From NCBI RefSeq assembly GCF_964355755.1, contig NC_092676.1:11757888-11821887 (forward strand): a DNA stretch of 64,000 nucleotides, given 5' to 3'. Below, one piece after another: positions 50,151-63,336 of the stretch. Origin of the DNA: Antedon mediterranea (lineage: Eukaryota; Animalia; Echinodermata). Position 1 is the first letter of the stretch, and the number at the start of each line of letters is the position of its first letter. Both the position numbers and the translations under genes were made by a program. The notes beneath the pieces were generated by a model. The model saw nothing but the letters and a program-made list of their open reading frames with translations, ran no database searches and was not told the origin of the DNA.

Positions 50151-50632
50151 TACATAAACCAAAGATAATAACATTGATATTGTTAATTTTTATAAAAATG
50201 TTTCAGGCAAACTCCTAAAACCTCATGTCCCGATCGTACCTCTTCAATTTTATGATCGCCATATATTTTTGATATCAGGAAATTTGTTATTGAAAATATT
50301 GGAAAAAGTTAGTTAATCATTTCATTTCATGCGATTGTATTATTTATCTCTACATACATTAAATCTCAAACTGTAAAGTTTTGTTTGGAAAAAGCTTGTC
50401 CCGCAGTTTTGTGTCATATCCGTCACTTAATTTAAATGTGCCGTCTAAAGTTTAATGAATGGCGGGGGAAAAATTGATTGTGCGTTGTAAACATGCGAAG
50501 ATATTGAAATAAAACTATCCGCACATTATTTTCAATAAAAGAGGAAAAAGGCAAATAAAACGAGGTTTTAGAAAAATTACTGTTGCGTACCTTTATTGAA
50601 TGTCATATCCGAACGGTATAGAACTCATTAAT

Positions 50633-50820
50633 GAGGGCGTGTGGCGCAGTGTGTTGGACGTTGGACTACCGATCGTCAGACCTAGGTTCGAATCCAACTC
50701 TCGCCGCATTGCTTGTATCCGTAGGCAAGATAGTTTATAAGGTAATAATCCTTGTAAAGCGCCTTTGAGCATGATTACTCATGAAAAAGGCGCTATATAA
50801 ATGTGGTATTATTATTATTA
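50633..50820 (+). mobile_element. tRNA-derived SINE with L2-like 3' tail
   Basis: A box TGGCGCAGTG, B box GGTTCGAATCC, 3' tgtaaagcgcc..aggcgctatataaat then (TAT)n. Confidence 0.75.
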
Positions 50821-51748
50821 AATATTTATAATTTCTGATTTTTTTTTAACTGGAAGTACAATTTATTCACATTATCCAGAAGTATGCACTCCGTCTCCGC
50901 TGTCAGACATGCCTACGAGGTGATCCTGGGCTGTCCTATGCTAAATACATCATCTCCGTCACGGTAAGCTCAGCTCCCCCCAGCTCACATTTCCCAATGT
51001 TTCGTTGTGACGGAGGTGACGGCCAGTGACGGATATGACTTTTTGTTATTGTCAGGGCCTTTTTTGTTGTACATTTTGTTTTGTATGTCTTTATTATGTT
51101 ATTACATTTTATATCCATGTGACTCTGGTCAATAAACATATTCAAATCATTATCTTAAAGTCATTTCCGTGACATGATTTTTTAGGTTAGTCATATCCGT
51201 CACGGTTTCATCTCCGTCACATGGATATTTAATCCTTTTAAATCCTAAAATATTTGAATGCAACCATGTGGTATAATTGAAATATAAGCAATATTCTTCT
51301 ACTATGTCAGTGGTTAGTAATATTAATTCAACAGAATTTTGTAAAACATCGGTGACAGTCATACTATTTCTGAAAATTATTATTTTTTGGATTAGTAAAT
51401 TGTTTTGAATGTATAACATCATACTAATAAATGTTTAAACAATCATTTTTTGATTAATCGAGAAAAAAATACTGTATAGTATCAAATCATTAATAATGGA
51501 AATAATTTTATAGTTCCTAACCCGTTATTTTTTCTATCTTTGTATATTCCATAAATGTGACGGATATGACAGCAACATGGAACCATGTATTTATAAAATA
51601 CGAAATATATAATAAAGATCGCGCCAAACATACGCTTGCCATGTATAATAAACTTTTAAAATTTAAAAATGCAAGTTTTAAAATCGATTTTTTATAAACC
51701 TGAAATTAGAAACTTACTGAAGAATGATCCATATATTCAATTCAACGT

Positions 51749-51930
51749 TTAGTTTATGGTACGGCACTCCGGGGCATAGATTGCAATCCAATCAATGAAA
51801 CCATCTTCTCGCATCGCTCTCAAGTACTCCGCTCTCGTCACTCCCATTCCACATCCACGGTACTGCCATCTCTCACATCCCTCACAAAATAATTCTTCTT
51901 CATCTTCGCCTACCGGTATCTGACACTCGA
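51749..51930 (-). pseudogene. PHD-finger-like fragment, probably transposon-derived
   Basis: ECQIPV..LFCEGCERWQYRGCGMGVTRAEY..IDW; lies next to dispersed gtcatatccgtcac repeats. Confidence 0.5.
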
Positions 51931-52817
51931 ACATTTTGGAAATGTAATTAAAAGTGATATTGGTCCGGGATAACATAGCATTTTATAAGGGAGAAGAGCG
52001 TAGAAAAGAAAATTGTGCGTGGTTTTTCTACATAATAAAAGACTATTGTGTTTATTGAAGTCAATCAAATCTTAGAAGATATACAGATAAACGTCCAAGT
52101 GTTGGGGTGTTGTTAGCACCCAGGAATCCGCTAAATCAAAGACAAACACCTAGACAATAGACACTTAGAAAAAGACCGTAATGTTGTTGTCCATTTATTT
52201 TTTTAATATTTGATTTCTATGGCTCTTTTTTTTCACAAAAACAAAAAACCCCTCAAACAAGCTTAAAAAATAAAAAAATAAAATTTATTGTATAAATAAT
52301 AAAAATATTAAAATCACGCAAACGTTAATTATAAACATAGATAAGGTATATAATTAATACAACATCAACAATAATTCTGAAATCAATCAATCACTCTTAA
52401 ATTTATTTATTGTATAAATAATAAAAATATTAAAATCACGCTAGTATGAAAAAGAACATAAAATATAACATATTTTGAAGTGTGAGATATATAATAATAA
52501 TAATACTAAAATAGATTCAGTGTGTGTTTGTGTTACTGTGTCAAATACTAATTAGTACATTTTTTGTGTGGTGGTTTTGGCGTTCCATAGATATCGTATG
52601 TGTCCGATGTGGTATGTGGCCGACGTGACCATAGTCCGTCGACAGTAGATAGACCTATTTGACTGTATTAAGTACTTTTAATACACGATATCGCTGTCAT
52701 TAGATCGTATGTGAAGACATGGTATAACGTAAAATGTGTAGAATGTGTAGAATCAGACGTGTTAGCCCACTACTACTGATCACTACTATCTAGGCCTACC
52801 TATCTAGAGTTAAAATA

Positions 52818-55273
52818 AGATGTATTGTCCCTTGAAACACAAAAAAATGAAGGTCAAAATATTCTAAATTTAAATTGGCCATATCAAATCAATTGGAATA
52901 CCAAATGTAAACAATTCTGACTGAATACCAAATGTAAACAATTCTGACTTAATACCAAATGTAAACAATTCTGACTTTAAAAATACCAAATGTAAACAAT
53001 TCTGACTTTAAACAATATATGAAAGAGAGTCAATCCCAATCCATATTTTTCAATCCTACGAATGAAGAAGAGGTCATTGAAATAGTTAGTCAAATCAAAA
53101 ATTCAAATTCAGAAGGTGTTGATAACTTAAGTAATCGCATTCTAAAACATATTATTGTTGCTGTGGCATCTCCTCTTGTACATATCTTTAACCTCTCTCT
53201 TGAGACAGGCATGGTCCCTGATAGTATGAAAGTAGCTAGAGTAGTTCCAATTTTTAAATCTGGCAATAAAAGTGACGTCAGTAATTATAGGCCGATCTCT
53301 ATTCTGCCTACCGCTTCAAAAATTCTTGAAAAAATTGTTCAAATTACAGTAAATAATTATATCACAAAGTTTAACATCCTTAATAATGCACAATATGGTT
53401 TCAGAAAAAACAGTTCTACTTTTATGGCCGTTATAGATCTGGTTGAACGAATAACCGATGCGCTTGATAAGAAAAAAAATACCATCGGAATATTTATTGA
53501 TTTGTCAAAAGCGTTTGACACCATCAACCATGATATACTTCTTAAAAAATTGGAACACTATGGCATAAGAGGCACGGCCCTTAAATGGTTTAGAAACTAT
53601 ATTAATGGAAGGAAACAATTTACGTCTATTGATAACACAAGTTCGTGTTTGATGGATATAAATTGCGGTGTACCACAGGGTTCAATTCTGGGGCCTCTAC
53701 TTTTTATTTTGTACATTAACGATGTATTTAATTGCTCAAACTCGTTATCTTTTGTTTTATTTGCTGATGACACAAACATATCTGCATCTCACGAAAACTT
53801 GGATACGCTCATAGAACTAGTTAATGGTGAACTAAAAAATGTTTCGGATTGGTTCATGTGCAATAAACTATCAATCAACGTTAAAAAAACTAATTACATA
53901 ATTTTGCGCAATCAGCGAAATCCAAGTAATTTAGAGAATGTAAATATTTATGTCAACAATAAAAGAATAGATAGAGTTAAATCGACTAAATTCCTTGGAG
54001 TACATATTGATGAATTTCTCACATATAAGAACCACATCAATGTTACAGCTAGGAAAATATCTCGATATGTAGGCATACTATATAAAGTAAGACATTTTTT
54101 ACCAACCTATGCTCTCTGGACAATATACAAATCACTCATTGAACCAGTATTAATTTATTGCAACATAATATGGTGTAGCACATTTCCAAGTTATTTATAT
54201 GAGTTATTTAAACTCCAGAAAAGGGCATTACGAGCTATAACATGGTCAAAGTTTAATGATTCAATGACTGAATGTTTCTATAAATTTAAACTTCTTAAAA
54301 TTGCGGATATCAATAAGTATTGGGCTTTTCATGTATAATGTTACTACTAATCAGGACGTGCATTTTTCATCGCTCTTTATTAAAAATGGTTCTTACCATA
54401 ATTATAATACAAGATCTAAAGACAAAATGAGACTCAGAAAACGTAATCGTACTTCTACTAGTTTTACTGTGTCATGTGTGGGACCCAAATTGTGGAATGA
54501 CTTGAATTACGAACTACAAAGTACCAAATCAATATATATATTTAAATCATTGTTTAAAGAACATTTATTATCATTCTACAAATAATTTTAAAAATAATAC
54601 TTGTTGCAGGATTTAGCTTTTTTTATTATTTATGTTTTAGTTTTTTAGGCTAGTTAGGGACATAGGGGGACACAACTAATCAAGCTCTTTTGAGTTTTTA
54701 TGTGTTTCCTTTTCATCTTTTTTATGTTCTCATATATTGTTGTTGTATATTTTCATGATTGAGGATGAATAAAGAATATTTGAATTTGAATTTGAAAAAG
54801 TAATATTAAAATTATTCACTTTAAGTCGAAAATTCGAGCCAAAAACAACAAGTTTAGGTAATTAACAGGTAAATTAGTTTGATTACATTTCGTCTGGAAA
54901 ATTGTCGCGAGCGAAAGTAAACAAAGATTTCAAACCCCCCGAGTACTACGCATTATGCATATGCTAATTAGGATTGTTTACAACTCGTCACAGTTGAGAA
55001 GGTATTTTCACACAGATCGTGAGGAAGTTTTATGATTATGCATACAGAGTAGCCAAACAAGCGCATTTCCTTATGGGATATGTTTTGATCGAAAACTTTG
55101 ACTGGAAGTCAAAGTTATTTTTTTAACAAAAAAACGTCTGTATTTCAGTTAAATGATTTTTTTTCCGACAAATTTTTTATGATAGTTAATAACTATTATG
55201 ATACTTCAAAATGAACCCCCTTATAATGAAATCTTTTATTTTTTTTTTTGAATTAGTCAAAGGGACAAAACAT
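52818..55273. mobile_element. Second, inverted copy of the Kolobok-like MITE, interrupted by a LINE
   Basis: Halves 52818-52888 and 54797-55273 rejoin to the reverse complement of 48848-49395. Confidence 0.82.
53019..54338 (+). CDS. RT of a young 5'-truncated CR1/L2-group LINE (element 52889-54796)
   Basis: 439-aa open frame with NYRPISILP, QYGFR, DLSKAFD, GVPQGSILGP, LFADD; frameshift near 54330; aataaa and (TTTGAA)n tail. Confidence 0.9.
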   Translation: MKESQSQSIFFNPTNEEEVIEIVSQIKNSNSEGVDNLSNRILKHIIVAVASPLVHIFNLSLETGMVPDSMKVARVVPIFKSGNKSDVSNYRPISILPTASKILEKIVQITVNNYITKFNILNNAQYGFRKNSSTFMAVIDLVERITDALDKKKNTIGIFIDLSKAFDTINHDILLKKLEHYGIRGTALKWFRNYINGRKQFTSIDNTSSCLMDINCGVPQGSILGPLLFILYINDVFNCSNSLSFVLFADDTNISASHENLDTLIELVNGELKNVSDWFMCNKLSINVKKTNYIILRNQRNPSNLENVNIYVNNKRIDRVKSTKFLGVHIDEFLTYKNHINVTARKISRYVGILYKVRHFLPTYALWTIYKSLIEPVLIYCNIIWCSTFPSYLYELFKLQKRALRAITWSKFNDSMTECFYKFKLLKIADINKYWAFHV

Positions 55274-55749
55274 AAGTAGGCGTAGGGCTCCAGTAATTAC
55301 GGTCGCGTTTTCGGCCTACTTTTCAGGATCAGGACATGTGAGAGGTGAGGTAGGTTAGCGGTCGACGTTATATGGGCACTGCTTGCGTTAGGTCATCAAT
55401 AATTATACATGAGGAGGGAAAAATTGAATATTCATAAACCTTCTGGAAATGCGCGAAATATGATATTTTTATACTGCATCATATACCAACCATGGACAAA
55501 CCACCTTGGGCAAATTTGTTTACGTCCATTTCGGATGACCATTTAACAGGATGGGTTTCTACCATGAAGGAGTGAGAAGAAGTAAGTAAGAAAAGTGTAT
55601 GAAAGTACCCAGTCATTGCACTTTGTGGGCCATAAAAAGGGAAATTCCTGTAAGGTTTTTTTGCCTTCCTCCTCAGACGATTGTCCCAATGATGAGACAA
55701 GGCCGACAAGGACAAGGTCAGACGAGCTGCCTGAAAAAACATTTGATTT

Positions 55750-55983
55750 TAAAATTGTGCTCATCATACTCTCATGTTAACTTTTATTATTAAAGCATAC
55801 TAAAGTGGTGCCCATCATACTTAAATGGTGCTCATTTTAAAATTTATTATTAAAACATACTAAACTGGTGCCCATCATACTCAAATGGTGCCCATGTTAA
55901 CTTTATTATTAAAACATACTAAACTGGTGCCCGTCATACTTAAATGGTGCCCATGTTAACTTTTATTATTGAAACACACTAAA
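55750..55983. repeat. ~58-60-bp minisatellite, about 4 copies
   Basis: ttttattattaaaacatactaaactggtgcccatcatact(t/c)aaatggtgcccatgttaac units. Confidence 0.85.
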
Positions 55984-55984
55984 G

Positions 55985-56560
55985 TCTAATGCAGCTACAT
56001 CTGTGTTTTCGTTTGTAGATTCTGGAACCCCGTGTAATATTAGGCAGTTCCGTCTGCTATATTGTTCTAAGTCATCTAACTTTTCATTTATTGAGTTTAT
56101 ATCTTGCTTCAGTTTTGTATTAGTCTCTTTAAGTGAGTAAATCTCGCCCTCTACAAGTTGGTTGTCATGGGTAACGCTTCCGTAAACATTTTGACTTACC
56201 CGATCTATTATGGTTTCACTTATCGATTTTATGATCGTTTAATTTTCATATATCGATGTAACAATACTGTTGAGCAGGACCGGCGATGACAAGATATGTT
56301 GACTTATACTTTCTGCAACTATGTTTACAAGTTCTTTGTCATCGGATAGAAGGTGTTGTATATCCCCAAGTACCGCCGTATGCGAAAGTTGGCCTGGACC
56401 CAAGTCATCGGGCTGCGGTATGCTGGGTGGGTCTAACTCACCTTCGTTGTTGATGTTAGTGACAGGCTTAGTAGAATCACTTGTTTTTGTAGATCCACGT
56501 TTTGGTTTATTTGCCGACGATCTGGTAGTAGTAGACATTTGTTTATTTATTTGCCAGTGG
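55985..56560 (-). mobile_element. 5' part of a LINE ORF1 (coiled coil plus RRM start)
   Basis: Minus strand reads INEKLDDLEQYSRRNCLILHGVPESTNENT, typical of CR1/L2 ORF1; ORF 56239..56538 lies upstream. Confidence 0.75.
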
Positions 56561-56628
56561 TTAAGCTGATTATATGCAAATATTGAGTTTATTTAGCGAA
56601 CCTTTTATGCACGTCAGCTCATTGTCGT

Positions 56629-57463
56629 GCCCGGCGGCGATTTTTTGTTCGTACATGAGTTGGGGACCCCTCATGTGAATAATTCATCAGTTAAATTTGT
56701 TGTTCCGTGTGCACCCAAGCGTATAGCAACAAGTGATTATTACAACTGCGACACGATTCTTCCTAGGCCTAGGATTCACGTGATTGCCTTGGCGCACTTT
56801 TCACACACGCACTACCACTATGCAAAATGTGACGAGACTAATCGACAGCTAGGCAAGACACATTCAACTAACTAGTATTGGTCATAGCCCAAAGAAAGTT
56901 TAGATACACGAGAATAAAGAATGTGTATAATTTTGTGTACTGTAATGTTTTAATTCTGTTATTTTATTATCAAACAATATGCATGTACTCAAAGAAACTT
57001 TAAAAATGCGCGTATATGAACACGAGAATAAATTTTGGGTAATGTAATTGTTTAATTTTGCTGACTTATTACTCGGAGTACCTAACACACACACACCCAC
57101 ACAGACTACTAGAATAGACACGAGCTTTAGAGACTAATAATTAGGCCTAATAGTATTACTAGAAACTATAATTTTAACACATAATTCTTTAGTAATAAAT
57201 TCTATTTAAAAAAAAACCAAAAACTAAAGACAGATTATTTCGACAATCCACACAAAACGCCGCTATTCTTTTATGAAATCGCACGCCGCAAACACAGTGG
57301 AGAATCGCCTAGGCCTAGAATCGTATCGCAGTTGTTCTTGTTGCTATACGCTTGGGTGCACACGGAGCAAGAAAATTTAACTGATGAATTATTCATGTTT
57401 ATTTTGTGACGTTTCATGAGGGGGTCGCCAACTTATGTACGAAAAAAAAAATCGCTGACCGGC
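56629..57463. mobile_element. MITE-like element with ~150-bp imperfect inverted repeats
   Basis: 56629-56773 is the reverse complement of 57308-57463 (ccgtgtgcacccaagcgtatagcaacaag). Confidence 0.75.
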
Positions 57464-60029
57464 GTATTGTAGTAACTTGAATACAGAGAGTCGACGAAAT
57501 CTAAATGATGTGGTTAAACTATTCATATATATGTCAGAGACAGGTACAAGACAACGATATCTGCACACATGGAAAGTACACATGCTTTTATCAAATATTT
57601 CTTTGCTCATGACCACCTGAACTATGGCCGGTTATTTCCGCTGTATCACTTTCAACAGATTACTGATATTGGACTTTATGATCACTTTCAACAGATTACT
57701 GACATTGGAGTTTATGAGACGACATGTATGTGTGACAAAGGGACTTGCTAGATTTACATCAATTGATCAAGGTCATTGAGCATGGTATCATTGGAATAAC
57801 ACAAATTAATGATTTCATCAGAGCTGGTAAATCTAGTTGATGAGTTTAAAAGCCAACATTTAAAGAGAGATGATATCTTGATTAATGAAGAATGCTGCAA
57901 TTCTCACAGAGGTGTTTGTTAGCCATGGCATGATGACATTGGACAGAAAATGTTTGAGGCATTGGTAAAAGTTTTGTAGAAGGCAAACTGTCTATGGATC
58001 GTGGTATACACTGTCTAATGGATGTCCATCTTGAAAAATACCCGCCACAAAAATGCGAGGAGGCTTCGCATTTTCCTATCTCCTCCTACGATAATTGTTT
58101 TTAATAGCTGAAAACCGGTTGAACAGCTCGAGTACAGTATCATAATGTTGAAGACAGGCCGATTTTCTTAAAACAATACTATTTTGATAGATTTAATATA
58201 CGTTTATACAAATGTATTGATTTGCGATGAATGGAACATTCCAATCTCTGTGTCGTTCCACAAGTGTCTATTCCCTCAGGCGTCGTAAAGGAAAGTACTG
58301 TATACTCATAACAGAAATTCGATCCATTTTTTTTTCAATCTGTGCTGCAGAGGTTGGATATAATTTTTTTTAAACGGATAATGAGCTAGCGTTTTCAGTC
58401 GCCGTAATTTAATATTTATTACAGATTAAATCGAATTTATGATTTGCCCCGAATAGAGGTGGTTTTCACAAATTGTTTAACATTATATATAAACATACGT
58501 CGTAGTGTATCGTTACATGTACTGTACTATTTCAATCGACTACGACGGTGATAGTTTCAACAAAGTATTACACCGCAATGTTTTACTGTGTTTAGTGGTA
58601 TATTATTTGTAAAACATGTTAATTAATATTTCGTTACAAAATAAAGAATATATTTAAAAATTGTTCCTCTTTGCACCCATCCTCTTCCCCATCTCTCAAC
58701 CATAATGTTACATACAAAACACAAATTAAATTTGTTTAAATTTGACTTAAACAATTGGTCTCATTTTGTGACAACTTTCTCTTTCGGAAGTAATTCCCAG
58801 TGTGCTAATTTTAGTTGAGTACATAAATCACAGTGTATATTTAATCGTTCCTGTAAACGACATATATTATTGCCCTGCATTATTGTACATTTGAAATCGC
58901 CAGTTTTTTAACGCTGAAATTACTGTGTATTCGAGAACCGTGGGCACGACCTAGATGGTACGTGAGCGAAGCGAGCGTACCATCTAGTTTATGGAATTTT
59001 GCTTTTAACAAAAAAATGAAACGAAATTACATAGTGGCCTACAATATGCGTGATCGCCAATTTTTCCGCCGAGACTACTGACACAAAAACAAATGGAGCC
59101 GTTTTTGGTCGTTGGCTTGCAGTTTTGATTGGTTGTTTACAGTCTGCCGACCTATGACTATGCAGTATTTTATTTAATTTAATTTTAATAATTGTTTGTA
59201 GCAATACTATAGGATTACAAATAATAAATAACAATAGTAATTATATTATATTTTGAATGGTAATTACGGACCATGCTTCTATTCCCCTAACCTCAACCCA
59301 GAACACCACCCCCAACAACCCCCCCCCCCCCACCACCACCACTCCCACGACATGCACCCAGCCATCTTCTTTCTCTCTTCATTGAATTCCTTTGGTTGTT
59401 AGGAAAAAACCTAGTTGCAAAACCAATTGAACCAGTTGCCCAGTTGAAAAAAGAAATTGGACCAGTTGTGTTTTTTTTTTAAAGTTGAACTCAGTTGAGC
59501 TTTGGAATACCAGTTGACCAGTTGGTCAAATCTTCTATCAAGCAGAATAGAAACATGTATATCCTGAACAATCTGACACAAAAATGAACATTCCACCCCA
59601 ACCCAAAAATGAGATGTGGAAATTTTCATGAAAAACAGGTCACAGTACAAATTTGGTATTTCTGGCCATTATTTAAGAAAAAACTTCATTATAGTAAATA
59701 GAAATGTTTATGTTCTGAACATTTTGACACCTAAATTAACTCTCTATGACAAATAGTTTTATGAACATCAAAATATCTTAACCTTTATGCAGTTGGTAAT
59801 TGCACCATAAATGTCAAAGGCAAAACTGCGTACTTCCGAGTATTTTTGGATAAAATGTTTCATTAGACTAAATTGTAACATATATATTCTGAACAATTTT
59901 ACACCAAAATAAACTGTCTGTGACAACCATTTACTGATATATGACAATGCTTTAAAATATGGGTCAAAGGTTAAAACTGGTACATCCGGTCATTAAAAAA
60001 AATACTTCATTAGAGTAAATAGAACTGTT

Positions 60030-61615
60030 ACACGATAATTTAAATGAATGGTGTTTACATAATCAGATGGTATCCAAATCTTCTAAATGTTATATCCTTA
60101 TTATTATTTTTCTGAAGCATAAAACTAATGAAATGATTTCGCCTAACTTTACCTTAAATTGATCAGTTCTTGATGTTGTTGATCATATGCGATTACTTGT
60201 GTTAATATTCAAAGTAATTTTAAGTGGGATCTAATACTGTGGATATCGTTTCTAGAGCCTCCAGAGGTTTGTTTCCATTAAGTATTCTTAAGAAAGCTAA
60301 TATTGCATGTGTTGAATTAATCACAGTGTATACTTCGTATATAAGACCGGGATTAGAATATGCTGCGTCTGTTTGGCATGGCGCTTTGTCTCGATACAAT
60401 GGTAGGGCTATTAAAGAGCCTTTCGAATTATTGTAGGGTCTGACTATACCAATTATGATAACTAAAGGGTGAGCTCGCTTCACTCGCTCCCTCTCTAGGA
60501 AGTGTAAATGATGGTTCTCGGAATGATAATGACTCGGGTAACAAGGTTTTAGAAGGACGTTCTCCTTGTAAGTTTTCTGTCGGTTATCATTATTGAAAAT
60601 GCTTGACATTCGTAAAACTAAACCTACTCTGTTTCACAGTATCTTATATGATTAAGTATAGTGTTATTGATTGGTAGGGCCCTTATAGGGCGAAGGTGGG
60701 GAGGCAGTTTAATATTTTAGTTTTAATAATAAAATGGCAAATTCAACAACAACAAAATAAAAAAATATTTTTCAGGGGGACAATACATCTTTAAGGTTAA
60801 TTACGGCTGGCCCAGTCGCGTGCGCAAATTTGAGTTAGTGTTTACCGACCGACCGACATAGTGAGCTATAGAGTCCCGTTTGCATGCGACTAAAAAGAGA
60901 AAAACAATGCACTACTTAGGTAACTCGCGTCGAAAGTTCTCTCGTAGACGTTTCTAGGCCTATCTTAGTTGGGCTTAGTTTTGTAGTCCTAGCTGGTAAA
61001 GAGCGGTAGCGTACGAACAGCGTACGCTAGCTATAGGCCTAGCCTGACATTTTCGCGTTGCAGAATTGTTCTTTTTTTGGCAGAATCCGTATGTAGGCCT
61101 AGCTATATGATATAATTAAACCTATAATCACAATTGATTCTAAGGTTATGCAATTAAACTACTTAATCTTAAATTTTTAGATCAAAGAAGAGAAGATATT
61201 CTTCTTGATTTTGCTAAAAATCTTAACAAAATCGTTCCTAACGCACTTCCTAAATTGAGAGGCGAAACGTGTGGCAGGATACTTAGGAATGCTAAGAAGC
61301 AAAGTGAAATATATGGCAATACTAAAAGATTCAACAACTCATGTTTCCCAGCACTGTGTAGACTAATTAATAAACCAAAATAAACACAACAATAATAATA
61401 ATAATAAGTAATAAGTACTTTCATCAGTTTCTTCCATGTGTAATATCTCCTTTTTTTAAATATTTTTTTTAACTTTTTAATTTTTTTAATGTTGTAAATT
61501 TTTTATGTTTGAAAGCTTGTACCAATTTTATATGTAAATCTCTCGCAATTCAGTTTTATTTTATATATACTGCAAAGAGAAATATTTAATAAAATCAGAA
61601 TGAATGAATGAATGT
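60030..61615 (+). mobile_element. Fragmented L2-group LINE 3' region with nested insertions (60400-61180)
   Basis: VYTSYIRPGLEYAASVWHG; later RRRYSSxFC-like and TKRFNNSCFP segments; (GAAT)n tail at ~61600. Confidence 0.65.
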
Positions 61616-63336
61616 ATGAGTTTTAATTAATTCATTTAATATGTACAATGTTGGATGTCAAACAAATAAATATTTCAGTAACATAAACAACATATAATTA
61701 TATTATAACGTTTTTATTTATTTTGTTTTTGCATTAGCAGTTCCAAATATTTTCCCATATACGGAATAATTCATGTTAACCGCGACGAGAGATCATTTTC
61801 GATTACCGCGTGAAAACTATTTCCAAGGCTTTCCGTCATAATTATTATGAATATTTATTTATGGATTCAGGACATCTATAGCTTCTACCTTAACCTAATA
61901 AACAAAAGTAATGCCAACCGGAATAACAAACTACGCGCGAACTCTCATAACAACCGATCTCCGATTGCAATTTTTCTCTGTCGCGAGTGACACGATGAAA
62001 TTACTAAATTATATAATAAATGATGCAGACTAAAAAACACCAAAAACAAATTAAATATACGGTCAGTAGGCCTAGGCTATAGAAGTAAATACAGATCCTT
62101 CTTTTTTAATGTATTATATCCTATCCTACTAGGCCCAGGCTAGCCTACGTTTCAATCTGAATCAAAATGTAGCCTAGACAAGCCTTACCTTCCTTTCATT
62201 CTCTCTGAATTAAATCACAAGAATCTACTCAGATGTTTAATATCAAACAAATAATTTTATTTTTCTGCTATGGTACAAATGTCATTCGGTGAAAGATGAA
62301 AGGTCATATTTCATCTTGCATCCCTTGAAATTATTTATTTTATACCATCACATTTAAAAATGGTAATACTTCTTCTGCAGCTGAAGTAAAATGACGTCAC
62401 CGTTAAAGTGTGTCGACACATCTTTTTAAATTATGCTTAATTTTGACATAGGAGAGTACAATGGAAAAACTTCTGGACAAATCTCCGCCTTGGACACATA
62501 CCTCATCTATCTCAGATGTACCGCGAAACGTGGATTTGATAACATTAGTTCTCACTATTACGATATTGTTTCATATTTCTATCTTAGGAAGATAGAGGGT
62601 TTTAAAACAAAATTTCTGATTTCATCGGTAGACATTCAACCTTGCAACATTCTGGTTTGAACTAAGTTGGCCGTTGGTGGCGATAGCCATTTTAGTTTAT
62701 TGTTTATTTTCGGACCGCGCGTGTGAAGTTACAGTAGTTAGCAAAATAACAAGGCCATATACATAGTTGCAGTCGTGTGCTCAAGTTAGTGTTTACCAAC
62801 CAACCGACTGACCGACCGACCAACCGACTGACCGACCGACCAACCAACTGACATAGAGAGCTGAAGAGTCGCGACTAAAAATTACAGTATACTGCAAATT
62901 AATAAAGATCAAATTAAATATAATTATAAAGCATCGGAGTATATTGTGCGGAATAGTATACAAATTACATCGGGAGAACTGATGATAAAACCTTTTGTTT
63001 GAAATCGAGTGAAACCGTGATAGCCGAGTTGTTGAGTAAGCTGACAGGAATAACTGTGGGCTATGTCCTCTTAGGACTCTGTGATACTTCTGCCCATGTT
63101 GCAAGCCGTCTAAAATGTTTGGCCGAAACGGTTCACTGTGTCGCGGAAGTTAGTTTCAAAAGATGTATTAATGTATTTACTATTAATTATTATACCTTAC
63201 CATCTAACAAAATCCCATCCACATTTATACACACAATAATTGTATTATTTATAACACATTTATAGTATTTGTAATAGAATTAATCGGACTGTTATCTACA
63301 ATTACCAAGCATTTTTTACCACTTTTCATATCTATT

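Noticed and set aside
52897-55983. Short direct repeats (26 bp and ~58 bp) as possible CRISPR arrays
   Set aside because: No unique spacers, no cas genes, eukaryotic context.
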